Notes: generated from the letters alone by a model not told the origin. A stretch of DNA of 64,000 nucleotides from an uncultured delta proteobacterium (GCA_963783425.1 CAWANO010000010.1:763851-827850); one strand, 5' to 3'. Shown: positions 40,700 to 51,416, counted from the stretch's first letter. A program made the numbers and translations.

Positions 40700-41818
40700 T
40701 TAACCCGGCAATAAAATACTCGAAGTTAATTCAATAGTATGCTATAACTATGTGCATGAAAAAAATAGATGCACGAAAACTACCGACAGAGGCCCAGCAG
40801 CAGATCCGCAACCAGGCAATCCGACTTAGAAAATCCGGAAGGACCTACAAAGAGATTGCCGAGATTACGGGTGTTCAACCAACCACAATTTGTATGTGGT
40901 ACAAAAAGTACGAGCAAGGCGGAGCCATAGCGGTTCGGATCAAAAAGCGAGGCCGACCTAAAGGAAGCTGCCGGACACTGACCCCAGAGCAAGAGAAGGT
41001 TTTGAAAAAATCCATGCATGACAAATGTCCCGATCAATTGAAGCTGCCCTTTTGCTTATGGACGCGCATCGCTGTCCAACAGTTGATCAAGCAGCTGTGG
41101 GCGATTGATATGCCGATTCGAACTGTGGGTGAATACCTCAAAAGATGGGGCTTTACGCCCCAGAAGCCATTGCGAAAGGCTTACAAACAAAATCCAAAAG
41201 CCGTGCAAGCCTGGATGACACAAGACTATCCGGAGATTAAAAAAAGAGCCCAAAAAGAAAAAGCAGAAATCCATTGGGGCGATGAAACCGGGCTGTGCAA
41301 CGATAGCTACCATGGAGCGCAGTTATGCTCCGCGTGGGCAAACACCAGCTGTTAGGCTTCATCCCAGATGTGAGCGCGTCAATTTGATCTCTTCGGTAAC
41401 TAACCAAGGCAAGGTTCGCTTTATGGTTTACAAAAACCGGATGAACTCGCAAACGCTGATTAAATTCATGAAACGGCTGGTCAAGAGTTCAAAGAAAAAA
41501 ATATTCTTGATCCTTGATAATCTGAAAGTTCACCATAGTATGAAGTAAGGATTGGTTGAAAGGGCGTGAGGATCAAATCGAGGTTTTCTTTCTACCATCG
41601 TATTCACCGGAGCTTAACCCAGATGAGTATCTCAACTGCGACTTAAAAGCCGGCGTTCACTCGGGGGTACCAGCCAGAACGAGAAAAAGCAGCTCGGGCA
41701 AAAGGCAATCTCGCATTTGAGAAAACTCCAGAAACTACCCGGTCGCGTTAAAAAATATTTCAGGCATCCGAAAATTGCTTATGCTGCATAGAGTTTATCT
41801 ATATAATTGCCGGGTTGA
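40700..41818 (+). mobile_element. IS630-family insertion sequence (1119 bp) with TA target duplication
   Basis: TIRs are TTAACCCGGCAATAAAATA (left) and, as reverse complement, TCAACCCGGCAATTATATA (right). TA flanks both ends (40698-99 and 41819-20). Confidence 0.8.
40750..41791 (+). pseudogene. IS630-family DDE transposase, at least 3 frameshifts
   Basis: The N-terminal HTH ORF (201 aa) ends ...IHWGDETGLCNDSYHG. The next frame continues RSYAPRGQTPAV...FLILDNLKVHHS. A third frame gives KDWLKGREDQIEVFFLPSYSPELNPDEYLN, and a fourth gives EKKQL...KKYFRHPKIAYAA*. All DDE residues are present but spread over four frames. Confidence 0.8.
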
Positions 41819-41820
41819 TA

Positions 41821-43312
41821 TCACCCAAAAACTTTCCAAACGCAAGAAAAATATCGCTAAACGTCTTGAAAAGAGAAACTGGTCCGAGAGAAAAAAGCCG
41901 ATGATGGCGGGCAGGAACATTTGCTAGAAATTGACGGGCGCCACCAAGGCACGGCCCATGGGGGTATCGGTAACATCCACCAACTGGCTATGCACAGCGG
42001 ATTGATCAAAGAGATTGATCATCGTATGAAGTTGCTCAAGCGGAATCTGCCGTATCATGATTCGGACCATATTTTGAATATCGCCTACAACCTGCTGGCC
42101 GGGGGGACATGTTTGCAGGACATCGAGCTTCTGCGAAACGATATCGCTTGGCTTGATGCCCTGGGCGCCAAGATCATTCCGGATCCGACCACGGCAGGCG
42201 ATTTTCTTCGCCGTTTTACTGAAGACCAAATCACCGAGTTCATGGAAGTCAAGAACACGGTTCGTAGCCGCATCTGGCAAAAACAGCCCCAATCGTTTCG
42301 AAAAGAGGCCATCATCAATGCCGATGGGACCATCTGTGCTACCGATGGTCAGTGCAAAGAGGGTATGGATATTTCCTATGACGGCCAGTGGGGCTATGGA
42401 CCATTGGTTATCTCCCTTGCCAATACCCGTGAGCCCCTTTACATCGTCAACCGTCCGGCCAATGCCCCTTCCCACCTCAACTCGGCCTTCTGGATCGATA
42501 AGAGCCTCGATCTGGTTTGTGACCAGTTTGAAAAGGTTCAACTCAGGGGCGATACGGACTTCAGCCTGACTGGTAATTTTGACAAGTGGGACCCGCGCTG
42601 TACCTTTATTTTTGGCATGGATGCCAGGGCCAATCTCGAAAAAATAGCCAACCAAATCGACCCATCAGGTTGGCAGCCTCTTGAAAGAGAGCCAAAATAC
42701 AAAGTCAAAACCTGGCCCCGCCGCAGACCCTCAAACGTCAAGCAACAGGTGGTCAAGAAACGCAAATTTAAACGGATCACCACCACGGCGGAAGATATCA
42801 CTGAATGTGAATACCAGCCGGGCAAATGTAAAAAGCCCTACCGCCTGATCATCTTGAGAAAGACCGTAACTGTGCTGCAGGGAGAACTCAATCTATTCGA
42901 TGACATTCGCTATTTGTTCTACATCACCAACGACCGGAAACGCTCAACCGAACAGATGATCCATTTTTATCGTGCCCGCAGCGATCATGAAAATGACATC
43001 GAACAGTTGAAAAACGTTGTCCACGCCTTTACTCCGGCCTCTGACAGCTTGCTGTCCAATTGGGCACTGATGACCATCGCCTCCTTGGCCTGGGATCTGA
43101 AAGCCTGGTATGGACTATTGCTCAGCTATCGCCCCTTGGGACTGTCCATTGTACGCATGGAGTTTAAACGCTTTTTGAACACCTTTATCCGCGTACCCTG
43201 CCTGATCATCACAACCGGCCGGCGGATTCACTACCGCCTGATCGGCTACAATGAGAGGCTGAAACATATCATCAAATTCTCTGATACCATTAAATCCTTC
43301 GGGGTTACATGA
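41821..43312 (+). pseudogene. IS1380-family transposase, disrupted by the IS630 insertion after codon 4 and by one frameshift near 41925
   Basis: The main ORF has LPYHDSDHILNIAYNLLAGGTCLQDIELLRND...ARSDHENDIEQLKN. With IS630 removed, GTG 40687 (SD AAGGAAG) reads VKRN|ITQKLSKRKKNIAKRLEKRNWSERKKPMMAGRNIC, then meets a stop. A 1-nt shift joins it to (Y)EIDGRHQG... Confidence 0.75.
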
Positions 43313-43569
43313 TCGACAACCATCGGGCAGCGCCGCCATGGGGGCGGTTGTGAGCCCAGCTTAAATCGATGAAAGGAACGGCCCAGCGTCTGAAACCAAA
43401 ATTTAAACCGAGCGATCTTAAAGCAAAGGATAAGTGCGTTTTCAATTTTACTCATAACCACCACAATGTAGTGGTTTGCATGGCTGCCAGATCGATGCTC
43501 AGATTTTCTGCTCGAAAATTTATTACTCGCTTATTTTGGGGTTAACCCAACCGCACTCAAGGAAGGCAA

Positions 43570-44991
43570 ATGACCGACAGCATCGCCCAGGCCTTTTCGT
43601 TTGCCGTTGAAAACCTCTACTGGTTCGGTGGTGGGCTTGTGCTGGGCTTGCTGCTGGGGTGGCTGGTGGCGCGCATTCGGGCCGGTAAGATCATTTTGGA
43701 GAAAACGGCCCGTGTGGCCGCGGCCGAAAGCCAGTTAGGCCAGCTGGATGAGCTGCGGGACACCCTGGCGCGCCGCGAAGCGGCCATCGCGGCGCTGAGC
43801 GATGAGATCACCGAGCTGAAAATCTCGCGAAGCGCCATAGAGACCCTGCTGGGCGAAGCGCGGCAAAACGCCCAGGAGAAGATCGACCTGCTCAAAGACC
43901 TACAACAAAACCTCAAGGAGAGCTACCAGAGCCTGGCGGCCGATGCGCTGCATCAAAACAGCCGCGCTTTTCTCGAACTGGCCGATCAGACCCTGGGCAA
44001 GCACATCGCCACATCTAAGCAGGATCTAGAAACGCGTACCGAGCGCATCAAAGCGGTGGTGCAGCCCGTACACGAGGCCTTGGGGCGCTACGCGCAGCAG
44101 GTGCAGTTCATGGAGCGCCTGCGTGAGAGCGCTTATGGCAGCCTGGAAAACTATCTTAAATCACTCAGCCAGAGTCAGGCAGAATTGCAGCTGGAGACGG
44201 GCCGCTTGGCCCGGGCCATGCGCGTGCCGCACGTGCGCGGCCGCTGGGGCGAAATCACCCTCAAGCGTACCGTGGAGCTGGCCGGTATGTCGACCCACTG
44301 CGATTTTGACGAGCAGGCCACTATCAGCGCCGGTAAGCGTCAGTTGCGGCCCGATATGGTGGTGCACATGCCCGCCGGCCGACAAGTGGCCATCGATGCC
44401 AAAGTGCCGCTGGCGGCTTACCTGGAGGCCCTGGAGGCGGACAACGAGCAGGAGATTGAAAAAAGACTTGAGGCACATGCCGGGCAGATGGCCAGCCATG
44501 TGCAGCAGCTGAGTCAGAAAGCCTACTGGCAGCACCTGCACCCGTCGACCGATTTCGTGGTGCTATTCATCCCGGGTGAAAACTTTTTTGCCGCGGCGCT
44601 AGCCAAGCGACCCGACCTGATGGAGTTTGCCGCCGAGCGTAAGGTGATTCTGGCCACGCCGGCCACCTTGATTTCGTTGCTGCGCAGCGTGGCCCTGGGG
44701 TGGCAGCAGGCCAAAGCGGCCGAAAGTGCCCGGATCATCGCCCAGCTGGGCAAGGAGCTATACGACCGGCTGGCCACCATGACCACGCACATGGCCCAGA
44801 TGGGGCGCGATATCGACCGGAGCATGGCTAGCTACAACCGCATGGTTGGCGCCTTGAACCGGCGGGTGCTGGTGTCGGCCCGCAAGTTCACCGAGCTGGG
44901 TGTCCATGTAAAAGATGAGGCCGCGCTGGAAGATCTCGAGCCCTTGGAAAACACGGTCCGATCGCCGGAGTCGGGTGAGGTTGCACCGTGA
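43570..44991 (+). CDS. rmuC: DNA recombination protein RmuC
   Basis: 473 aa. N-terminal TM, a long coiled coil and a C-terminal RmuC nuclease-like domain (RGRWGEITLKR...DFVVLFIPGE). Confidence 0.9.
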   Translation: MTDSIAQAFSFAVENLYWFGGGLVLGLLLGWLVARIRAGKIILEKTARVAAAESQLGQLDELRDTLARREAAIAALSDEITELKISRSAIETLLGEARQNAQEKIDLLKDLQQNLKESYQSLAADALHQNSRAFLELADQTLGKHIATSKQDLETRTERIKAVVQPVHEALGRYAQQVQFMERLRESAYGSLENYLKSLSQSQAELQLETGRLARAMRVPHVRGRWGEITLKRTVELAGMSTHCDFDEQATISAGKRQLRPDMVVHMPAGRQVAIDAKVPLAAYLEALEADNEQEIEKRLEAHAGQMASHVQQLSQKAYWQHLHPSTDFVVLFIPGENFFAAALAKRPDLMEFAAERKVILATPATLISLLRSVALGWQQAKAAESARIIAQLGKELYDRLATMTTHMAQMGRDIDRSMASYNRMVGALNRRVLVSARKFTELGVHVKDEAALEDLEPLENTVRSPESGEVAP

Positions 44992-46204
44992 CCAAGGGCG
45001 ATCTGGCAAGACGCTGCCAAAGTTCGGCTGTGTGGTTGGCGACGGTACTGATTCTATGGGGCTGCGTCCAGGGAATGCGGCCCGAGGATGCCCCATCGCC
45101 GCCGGCCATGGTGGCTGTAGACGGTCGAGCGCTGCAAGTTTTCGATGATGATTTGGCCTACACGGGGCTTGTGGCCGCCATCGATGAGAGCCTGGCCTAC
45201 CTACGCACGCGTCCCGCCACGGCCCGCTATCATTTTGGCCCCGATGAACATCCGCTCCCGGATGTGATTGAAACCCTGACGCATTTTAAAGCCTTCGTCG
45301 GGCAGCGTCCCAGCGGCGCCCAGTTGGCGCACCACTTGGCCAAGGAGTACCATGTTTACCGTGCCGGTGGCCGCGACGGAGGCGGTGAGGTACTCTTTAC
45401 CGGCTATTACGAACCCTTTTTAAAGGGAAGCCGCACACCTCGGGGCGCATTCCGGCATCCAATCTACGGCCGCCCCTCGGATTTGATGACGGCGGATGTC
45501 GGCCGCTTTCGTACCCAACACACCGGGCTCGAGCTGCGGGGGCGGCTATCGGGCCTTGAGTTGGTTCCCTACGCCGACCGCGCCCGGATTGAAGCCGAGG
45601 GGTTGCCCGCCGCGGTGGCGCCGGTGCTGGCCTGGGTAAATGACCCGGTGGCGCTCTTTTTCTGCACATACAAGGTTCGGGACGGGTCTATCTGGATGAC
45701 GGCAGTTTTCTGAACGTACACTACCATACCACCAACGGGCATCCTTACCGCAGTATCGGCAAGCTGTTGATCGACCAGGGCAAGATCAGTCGCGAGGCCA
45801 TGAGCATGCAGGCCATTCGCGACTACCTGACACGGCACCCCCAAGAGGTCCCGGCGGTGCTCAACACAAATCCCAGCTACGTCTTTTTCAAATTGGAAAA
45901 GAGGGGGCCTCTTGGATATTTGAACCGGCCCCTGACCCCCGGCCGCTCGCTGGCACTTGACCGGCGAATTTTCCCCCCGGGGGCGCTGGTGCTGGTCAAA
46001 ACCCAAAAGCCGCTGATGACTGCAGACGGGCGCATCGCCCGCTGGCAGCCTTTCACACGCCTGATGCTCAACCAGGACACCGGCGGTGCCATCGAGGGGC
46101 CCGGCCGTGCCGATCTCTTCTGGGGGAACGGCCCCTATGCGGAGATTGCCGCCGGTCACCTCAAGCACACCGGCGAACTCTACTTTTTTGTGCGAAAACA
46201 GTGA
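44988..46204 (+). pseudogene. mltA: Membrane-bound lytic murein transglycosylase A, frameshifted at the T5 run / following C (45657-45662)
   Basis: ORF1 (lipobox LILWGCVQG ... WVNDPVALFF) runs into a nonsense tail. Inserting 1 nt at the end of the T5 run (45657-45661) or at the adjacent C (45662) gives FFLHIQGSGRVYLDDGSFLNVHYHTTNGHPYRSIGKLLIDQGKIS, continuing into ORF2 (45767..46204). This is the canonical MltA/3D-domain sequence. Confidence 0.8.
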
Positions 46205-46389
46205 AAAATGGCGTGGCAACGACCACGCTGCCATCCTGGTGAGGATGGGCGTCCTGGCAGGCGCCGATGAGCGCCCCGATCAAGTTGGCTGGTGAATTTT
46301 TATCAAATTGGTGGTATATACCTCTTTTTTACTACCATACGTAGCTTCGCATTCGGCTGGGAAAAGAGCGCGGAGTGAAAGGGAAGATT

Positions 46390-46872
46390 ATGTTCGGCAT
46401 CGGCATGCCCGAATTGCTGTTGGTTTTGGCGGTGGCTCTGATTGTGATCGGGCCCAAGAAATTACCCGATCTGGCGCGGTCTCTGGGCCGGGCGCTGGGG
46501 GAGTTCAAAAAAGCCACTGAAGACCTGAAGGGCTCCCTGGGAGTGGATGAGGAAATGGGTGATGTAAAGAAAGCGTTCGATGACATGAACCGCGAGGTGC
46601 GCAGCGCGGTGGATGTCAACCCGCTCAAATCGAGCCCCAAAAAGGGGAAAAGCGGTGCTGAAGAGAGTGCCCATACGTCGTCCGAGACGCAAAAGTCCAG
46701 ATCCGAAGCCGAGCCGCCCGCCGATGGCGCTTCAGATGCCCCCCAGCCCGGGGGCGATAACGGTAGCGAAACCCAAATGTCCGATCTGAAAAACGCCTTT
46801 GATGGTCTCAACGAAGGTAGCGCGACGGCTGCTGATGGGCCGGCCAACGGTGAAACAGACTTGAAACCTTAG
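46390..46872 (+). CDS. tatB: Twin-arginine translocase TatA/TatB-family subunit (TatB-like length)
   Basis: MFGIGMPELLLVLAVALIVIGPKKLPDLARSLGRALGEFKKA, followed by an acidic low-complexity tail. ATG 46390 is preferred over GTG 46375. Confidence 0.85.
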   Translation: MFGIGMPELLLVLAVALIVIGPKKLPDLARSLGRALGEFKKATEDLKGSLGVDEEMGDVKKAFDDMNREVRSAVDVNPLKSSPKKGKSGAEESAHTSSETQKSRSEAEPPADGASDAPQPGGDNGSETQMSDLKNAFDGLNEGSATAADGPANGETDLKP

Positions 46873-46904
46873 CTGTTAACGACCTTCTCGACAGGAGTTA
46901 GCGG

Positions 46905-47684
46905 GTGACCACTGAAGAAGATAAAATTCCATTTACCGCCCACTTGGTGGAGCTGCGTAACCGTCTGGTGGTCTGCTTTATCGCTATCGGAGTGGGATTT
47001 TTGGCCTCCTATTTTTTCAAGGAGCGCATCTTCGAAATTTTAATGGCACCGTTGAAATCGGTCATGGAGAGCGGCGACAAGGTGATTTTCACGGGACTGC
47101 CGGAGGCCTTTTTCACCTACCTGAAAGTATCGCTGCTGTCAGGACTGATGCTGGCATCGCCGGTGGTGCTCTACCAGTTTTGGATGTTTGTAGCCCCCGG
47201 CCTGTATGCGCGTGAAAAACGGGTGCTGCTGCCCATCGTGGCGCTGTCGACCTTCTTTTTTCTGGGCGGCGCCCTGTTCGGGTATTTCATTGTCTTTCCC
47301 TATGGGTTCGAATTTTTTCTAAGCTTTTCGACCGACACCATCCAGGCGCTGCCCTCCATGCGCGAATACATGACCTTTTCGACCAAGTTGCTGATCGCAT
47401 TCGGCCTGGCTTTTGAACTGCCGCTGGTGATTACCTTCATGGCCAAGATGGGGCTGGTGTCGGTGCCTTTTCTAAAGAAGAACCGAAAATACGCCATCTT
47501 GCTCTTTTTTGTCGGCGCGGCCGCCATTACGCCACCGGACGTCGTCACTCAGATCATGATGGCCGTGCCCATGATGGCCCTCTACGAACTGAGTATTTTC
47601 GGTGCGCGCGTGTTTGGACGCAAATCCGACCCGGAGAGCGAAACGGACGAAGAAGATGAAAAAAAAGCGGCGGACGAGGCTTAA
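46905..47684 (+). CDS. tatC: Twin-arginine translocase subunit TatC
   Basis: 259 aa, six TM helices, FTAHLVELRNRL N-terminal motif. SD AGGAG lies before GTG 46905. Confidence 0.93.
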   Translation: MTTEEDKIPFTAHLVELRNRLVVCFIAIGVGFLASYFFKERIFEILMAPLKSVMESGDKVIFTGLPEAFFTYLKVSLLSGLMLASPVVLYQFWMFVAPGLYAREKRVLLPIVALSTFFFLGGALFGYFIVFPYGFEFFLSFSTDTIQALPSMREYMTFSTKLLIAFGLAFELPLVITFMAKMGLVSVPFLKKNRKYAILLFFVGAAAITPPDVVTQIMMAVPMMALYELSIFGARVFGRKSDPESETDEEDEKKAADEA

Positions 47685-47709
47685 GCGGGCACAACCATGG
47701 GAATTGTTA

Positions 47710-47739
47710 TTGACAACGGCCAGGATCTTTTGATAAAAT
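47710..47739 (+). promoter_or_regulatory. Sigma-70-type promoter candidate (extended -10) for the cytochrome c3 gene
   Basis: TTGACA (47710-15), then TG-A-TAAAAT (47731-39). This implies a leader of about 220 nt. Confidence 0.45.
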
Positions 47740-47957
47740 ACTTACCGTTTTAAACTTTCTAACATACCGTTTACGTTGCATAAACCAAAGCTTGGTCGTT
47801 TTTAATTTCTGCCCGTTCAACATGGCGGGTACAACAAGGTTCACCCAATTGATCCTGCAGGCTGCGGTCAATGCCCACGTTGTGTTTGTCATCTGGGATT
47901 GCACAACGATCCGGACACAAAACCGATGCCGCGGGGCGGGTTGAAAGGAGGAAACGC

Positions 47958-48413
47958 GTGTTGGAAAAACGGAAAGGAACTCTTACCCTCATCATCGTTG
48001 CCATGGTCACCTTGTTTTTGTCGGCGGGGCTCAATGCCGGGGATTTTCCTGAGATGATCAAAATGCAGTCTCCTGAGTATGCCGAACACACCAAGGGCAT
48101 CGTCGAATTCTCCCACGGAAAGCATGCCGATGAGTACGAGATCGGCTGCGGTGAGTGTCACCACGATGACAAAGGCCAACCGCTCGAGCTTAAAAAAGGC
48201 GATGCGGTACAGCGTTGCATCGAGTGCCACAAAGAGCCTGGAGAGCGACCCAAGGGCAAGGACGCGCCCAAGCTGAGCAAGGAAGAACGCTTGGCGTTCC
48301 ACGCCGAAGCGCTGCACTACAACTGCAAGGACTGCCACAAGGATCACAACAAGGAGAACAACACCAAAGCGGCACCGACCACCTGCACCCAGTGCCACCC
48401 CAAGACCAATTAA
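47958..48413 (+). CDS. Periplasmic tetraheme cytochrome c3
   Basis: Four CxxCH sites (CGECHH, CIECHK, CKDCHK, CTQCHP). Signal peptide follows GTG 47958 (SD AAGGAGG). About 151 aa. Confidence 0.85.
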   Translation: MLEKRKGTLTLIIVAMVTLFLSAGLNAGDFPEMIKMQSPEYAEHTKGIVEFSHGKHADEYEIGCGECHHDDKGQPLELKKGDAVQRCIECHKEPGERPKGKDAPKLSKEERLAFHAEALHYNCKDCHKDHNKENNTKAAPTTCTQCHPKTN

Positions 48414-48445
48414 TGAATTAATTAGCGTGTTGGTTTGAGCTATGA

Positions 48446-49879
48446 CTACCCGACGGGGCCCGCGAACGACGACAGTTTCGCCGGCCCCGTTTTTTGTTGC
48501 CAAACGCGGGCGGCGGCCACCATGGCGGGCGCCCATTGGGGGGTGCCCAGGGCGTGAATATGGGTGTATAGGGCCAATACGTTCTTATAACTGATGCCGT
48601 CACGGCGGTTGGCGAACCCCACCCCGCGCTGAATGCCCAGGGCCAGGTCCGTGTCGCTGCCCTCCCAGCGAATGATGCGTGAGTAGTGAAACTCATGCCC
48701 CCGCAGCTCGGTACCGACCTCGAAGTAGGGGTTATGACGTTCTACCTTTAGGATGGTGTAACCGTGACCCTGGGGCCGTTTGGAGAGATCGCACACCAGC
48801 GGCAGCACGCCGACCATAGGATAGGAAACCCCTTTTAATACAATCGCCTGGCCCAGATACATCAGTCCACCACATTCGGCGTAAATCGGCAGGCCGGCCT
48901 CGGCCAGCGCTTTGAGTTGGGCGCGGAATTTGTCATTGGCTGAAAGCGGCTCCACGTGGGTTTCGGGAAATCCGCCCCCCAGATAAATACCGTCGAGTCG
49001 ATCAAGGTTGGCCGACGCCAAAGGGCTGATGTAAACCAGCTCTGCACCGGCGCGTTCGAGGGCCTCAAGGTTGTCGGGGTAGTAGAATTGAAAAGCGGAA
49101 TCCCTGACGATGCCCAGGCGCACAGGTGGTGTGCCATCTTCGCTTTTCAGCGTTGTGGGTTGATCGACCTCAACCTCGCCGGACAGAGGTGCAGCACCCT
49201 GTGCGATTTGCACAACCGCCTCCAAATCGATGTAGCGGTGGGCGATTTGGGCTGCGGCGTCCACGGCCTTGCGGGCGGCCTGGTGTTCGGCCGTGGGGGT
49301 CAGGCCCATGTGGCGTTCGGGGAAATTTTCCTGGGGCAGTTTGTAAATGGCTCCCACCACCGGAATGTTGCAGAAGCTTTCAACGCTACGCCGTAAAATA
49401 CTCTCGTGCCGTGGCCCGGCCACGCGGTTGAGTACCACACCCTTGATTTTTACCTCGGGGTCGAAGCCGAGGCAGCCCATGAGCGCGGCGGCCATGGTGC
49501 GCGTCGATTTGGTGCAGTCGATGCAGAAAATAACCGGTGCCTGCAGCAGCTTTGCCAACTCAGCCGTGCTGGTCTTGCCGGCCAGGTCGATGCCGTCAAA
49601 GAGGCCGCGATTGCCTTCGATTACCGCGATATCCTCTGAATGTGTGTGTCTGAAAAAAGAGTTGCGAACAGCAGCGGGGGGGCACAAGAAGGTGTCGAGA
49701 TTGTAACAAGGCCGGCCGGCTGAAAGGGCAAGCCAGCCGGCATCGATATAGTCGGGTCCCTTTTTAAACGGAGCGACCGCTTGGTTCTGCTCCCGCAGAG
49801 CTGCGATAATGCCAGTGGAAAGGACCGTCTTTCCCGATCCGCCTCGCAAAGCGGCAATGACAACTCGGGGGATGTTCAT
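48446..49879 (-). CDS. dsrN: Cobyrinic acid a,c-diamide synthase-family amidase DsrN (siroheme amidation)
   Basis: 477 aa of the CobB/CbiA family (ALRGGSGKT P-loop and a C-terminal GATase with YAECGGLMYL). It lies immediately downstream of dsrABD. Confidence 0.85.
   Translation of the reverse strand: MNIPRVVIAALRGGSGKTVLSTGIIAALREQNQAVAPFKKGPDYIDAGWLALSAGRPCYNLDTFLCPPAAVRNSFFRHTHSEDIAVIEGNRGLFDGIDLAGKTSTAELAKLLQAPVIFCIDCTKSTRTMAAALMGCLGFDPEVKIKGVVLNRVAGPRHESILRRSVESFCNIPVVGAIYKLPQENFPERHMGLTPTAEHQAARKAVDAAAQIAHRYIDLEAVVQIAQGAAPLSGEVEVDQPTTLKSEDGTPPVRLGIVRDSAFQFYYPDNLEALERAGAELVYISPLASANLDRLDGIYLGGGFPETHVEPLSANDKFRAQLKALAEAGLPIYAECGGLMYLGQAIVLKGVSYPMVGVLPLVCDLSKRPQGHGYTILKVERHNPYFEVGTELRGHEFHYSRIIRWEGSDTDLALGIQRGVGFANRRDGISYKNVLALYTHIHALGTPQWAPAMVAAARVWQQKTGPAKLSSFAGPVG
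48453..48496 (+). terminator. Intrinsic terminator of the cytochrome c3 gene, lying within the 3' end of convergent dsrN
   Basis: ACGGGGCCCGCGAA-(10 nt)-TTCGCCGGCCCCGT followed by TTTTTT. The 14-bp stem has one mismatch. Confidence 0.6.
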
Positions 49880-49930
49880 TCTGGGGATGCGGCGAACGCC
49901 AAGAAATTCAGCCTTGGGTTGCTGACCCCA

Positions 49931-50176
49931 TTAACCCTCATGCTCGGCTGAGGCTTGTTTGCCGGCGCCTTTGAGACCGTACATGGAGGTACTGCCGCTG
50001 GACCAGTATTCCAAAACTTCATCCTGCACCAGCTGGTTGATGATCTTCTTGGCTTCGCGGGGCTTGGCTTCCAGAATTTTGGATAGATCGTTGAAATAGA
50101 ATTTCGATTTCGTTTTGGCTTTTTTGGTGAGTGCGTCGACAATCTTTGCCTTTGACTCTTCGTAATCTAACGCCAT
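49931..50176 (-). CDS. dsrD: Dissimilatory sulfite reductase protein DsrD
   Basis: 81 aa. Winged-helix DsrD signature KFYFNDL...VLEYWSSGSTSMYGLKG. Confidence 0.9.
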   Translation of the reverse strand: MALDYEESKAKIVDALTKKAKTKSKFYFNDLSKILEAKPREAKKIINQLVQDEVLEYWSSGSTSMYGLKGAGKQASAEHEG

Positions 50177-50255
50177 CGGATTTTTCCTTTATTAAACCGG
50201 CAACGGCGAAGGGGCATCGCCGCGCGGCGAGCCCCTTCGTCTGATGTCGTTGGGT

Positions 50256-51401
50256 TTAGAACTTGAACAGCGTCGACTGACGCCAGGTGTAATAAGCCGG
50301 ATCACGGAAGTCATCGATCAGGTGATGGGTGAAATCCAGTTCACACTTCTCGAAGAAACGCTCCCAGCCGATACGCTCGGCCCAGTCGCCCACGCGCTCG
50401 TACTTATTGGCGCCCTTGGCATAAGCCTCCACGATCTTCTTGATGCAGGCCGTGGTCGAGTCCCAGCGCGGTGCTTCGTTGGGCAGGAAGGCCACGACCA
50501 CCTTGGAGAACTTGGGTGCCGAGATGCGGTTGGAAACCTTGCCGCCGGCCATAATGACGATACCGTCGCCCTCTTTATCCGCCAGCGGCATAGCCGGGCA
50601 CATGGTGTAGCAGTTGCCGCAAAACATGCAGCGCTCGTTCTTCACGGCCACGCTCTTGACCTCTTTGCCCTTGACCTCTATCTTGGACGGCCGGATAGCG
50701 GCCGTGGGACAGGAGGCGATGGCCAATGGAATTTCACACATCTTGTCCAGGTACTCATGGTCGAGCATGGGCGGTTTGCGGTGGTAGCCCAAAATGGCGA
50801 TGTCCGAGCAGTGCACGGCGCCGCACATGTTTAGGCAGCAGGCCAGCGAGACGCGCAGCTGGGCCGGCAAACGATGGTCTTTGAAGTCGTCGAAAAGGAC
50901 ATCCATGGTGGCCTTGACCGGACCGGAGGCGTCGGTGGCCGGGGTGTGGCAGTGAATCCAGCCCTGGGTGTGAACGATGTTGGTCACACCGGCGCCGGTG
51001 CCGCCCACCGGGAACTTGTAGCTGCCGCTTTCAAACTTACGGCTTTCAAGATCTTTGACCAGCGCGTCGACTTTGCCGGCGTCATCGACCATGAACTCGA
51101 TGTTGTTGCGGGTAGTCCAGCGCACATAACCGTCACAATGCTTTTCGGCGATATCGCAGATTTCGCGAATGTGGGTGGTGCTCATCAGGCGGCAGCCACC
51201 GCAGCGCACGGTAAAGACCTTGTCGCCCGATTCGGCCTCGTGCACCAGCACGCCGGGTTTGAGAATTTCGTGATGCAGCCATTTCCCCTTGTTCTTAGCG
51301 ATAACCGGGGGATAAAACTGGTCGAACTTCTTGGGACCGATGTCGGTAATCCGGTTTTCCATCGGTTTTTGAGGATTGTATCCTGAAGAGATAAATGCCA
51401 T
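50256..51401 (-). CDS. dsrB: Dissimilatory sulfite reductase beta subunit
   Basis: 381 aa. Siroheme-[4Fe-4S] binding Cys motifs ([18 protein letters not shown]) and a ferredoxin insert (CPTAAI...[12 protein letters not shown]). Confidence 0.95.
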   Translation of the reverse strand: MAFISSGYNPQKPMENRITDIGPKKFDQFYPPVIAKNKGKWLHHEILKPGVLVHEAESGDKVFTVRCGGCRLMSTTHIREICDIAEKHCDGYVRWTTRNNIEFMVDDAGKVDALVKDLESRKFESGSYKFPVGGTGAGVTNIVHTQGWIHCHTPATDASGPVKATMDVLFDDFKDHRLPAQLRVSLACCLNMCGAVHCSDIAILGYHRKPPMLDHEYLDKMCEIPLAIASCPTAAIRPSKIEVKGKEVKSVAVKNERCMFCGNCYTMCPAMPLADKEGDGIVIMAGGKVSNRISAPKFSKVVVAFLPNEAPRWDSTTACIKKIVEAYAKGANKYERVGDWAERIGWERFFEKCELDFTHHLIDDFRDPAYYTWRQSTLFKF

Positions 51402-51416
51402 GTTTGTTCCCCCTTC

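Larger units (their letters stand above)
40568..43541 (+). mobile_element. IS1380-family insertion sequence, about 1.85 kb of its own sequence, carrying a nested IS630-family element
   Basis: Imperfect terminal inverted repeats: CCCCAGGTCAAGCGAG at 40568 and the reverse complement CCCCAAAATAAGCGAG ending at 43541. It is flanked by the direct repeat TTAA (40564-40567 and 43542-43545). Lower GC than its surroundings. Confidence 0.75.

Noticed and set aside
40750-41791. IS630 transposase frameshifts as programmed ribosomal frameshifting
   Set aside because: At least three separate frame changes are needed and none sits on a recognisable slippery heptamer. A decayed copy is more likely.
41924-42655. 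243-aa minus-strand ORF inside the IS1380 element
   Set aside because: It is antisense to the transposase ORF, which carries the family motifs.
47889-48536. 215-aa minus-strand ORF covering the cytochrome c3 gene
   Set aside because: The plus-strand frame has four CxxCH heme sites, a signal peptide and an SD. The antisense ORF has no features.
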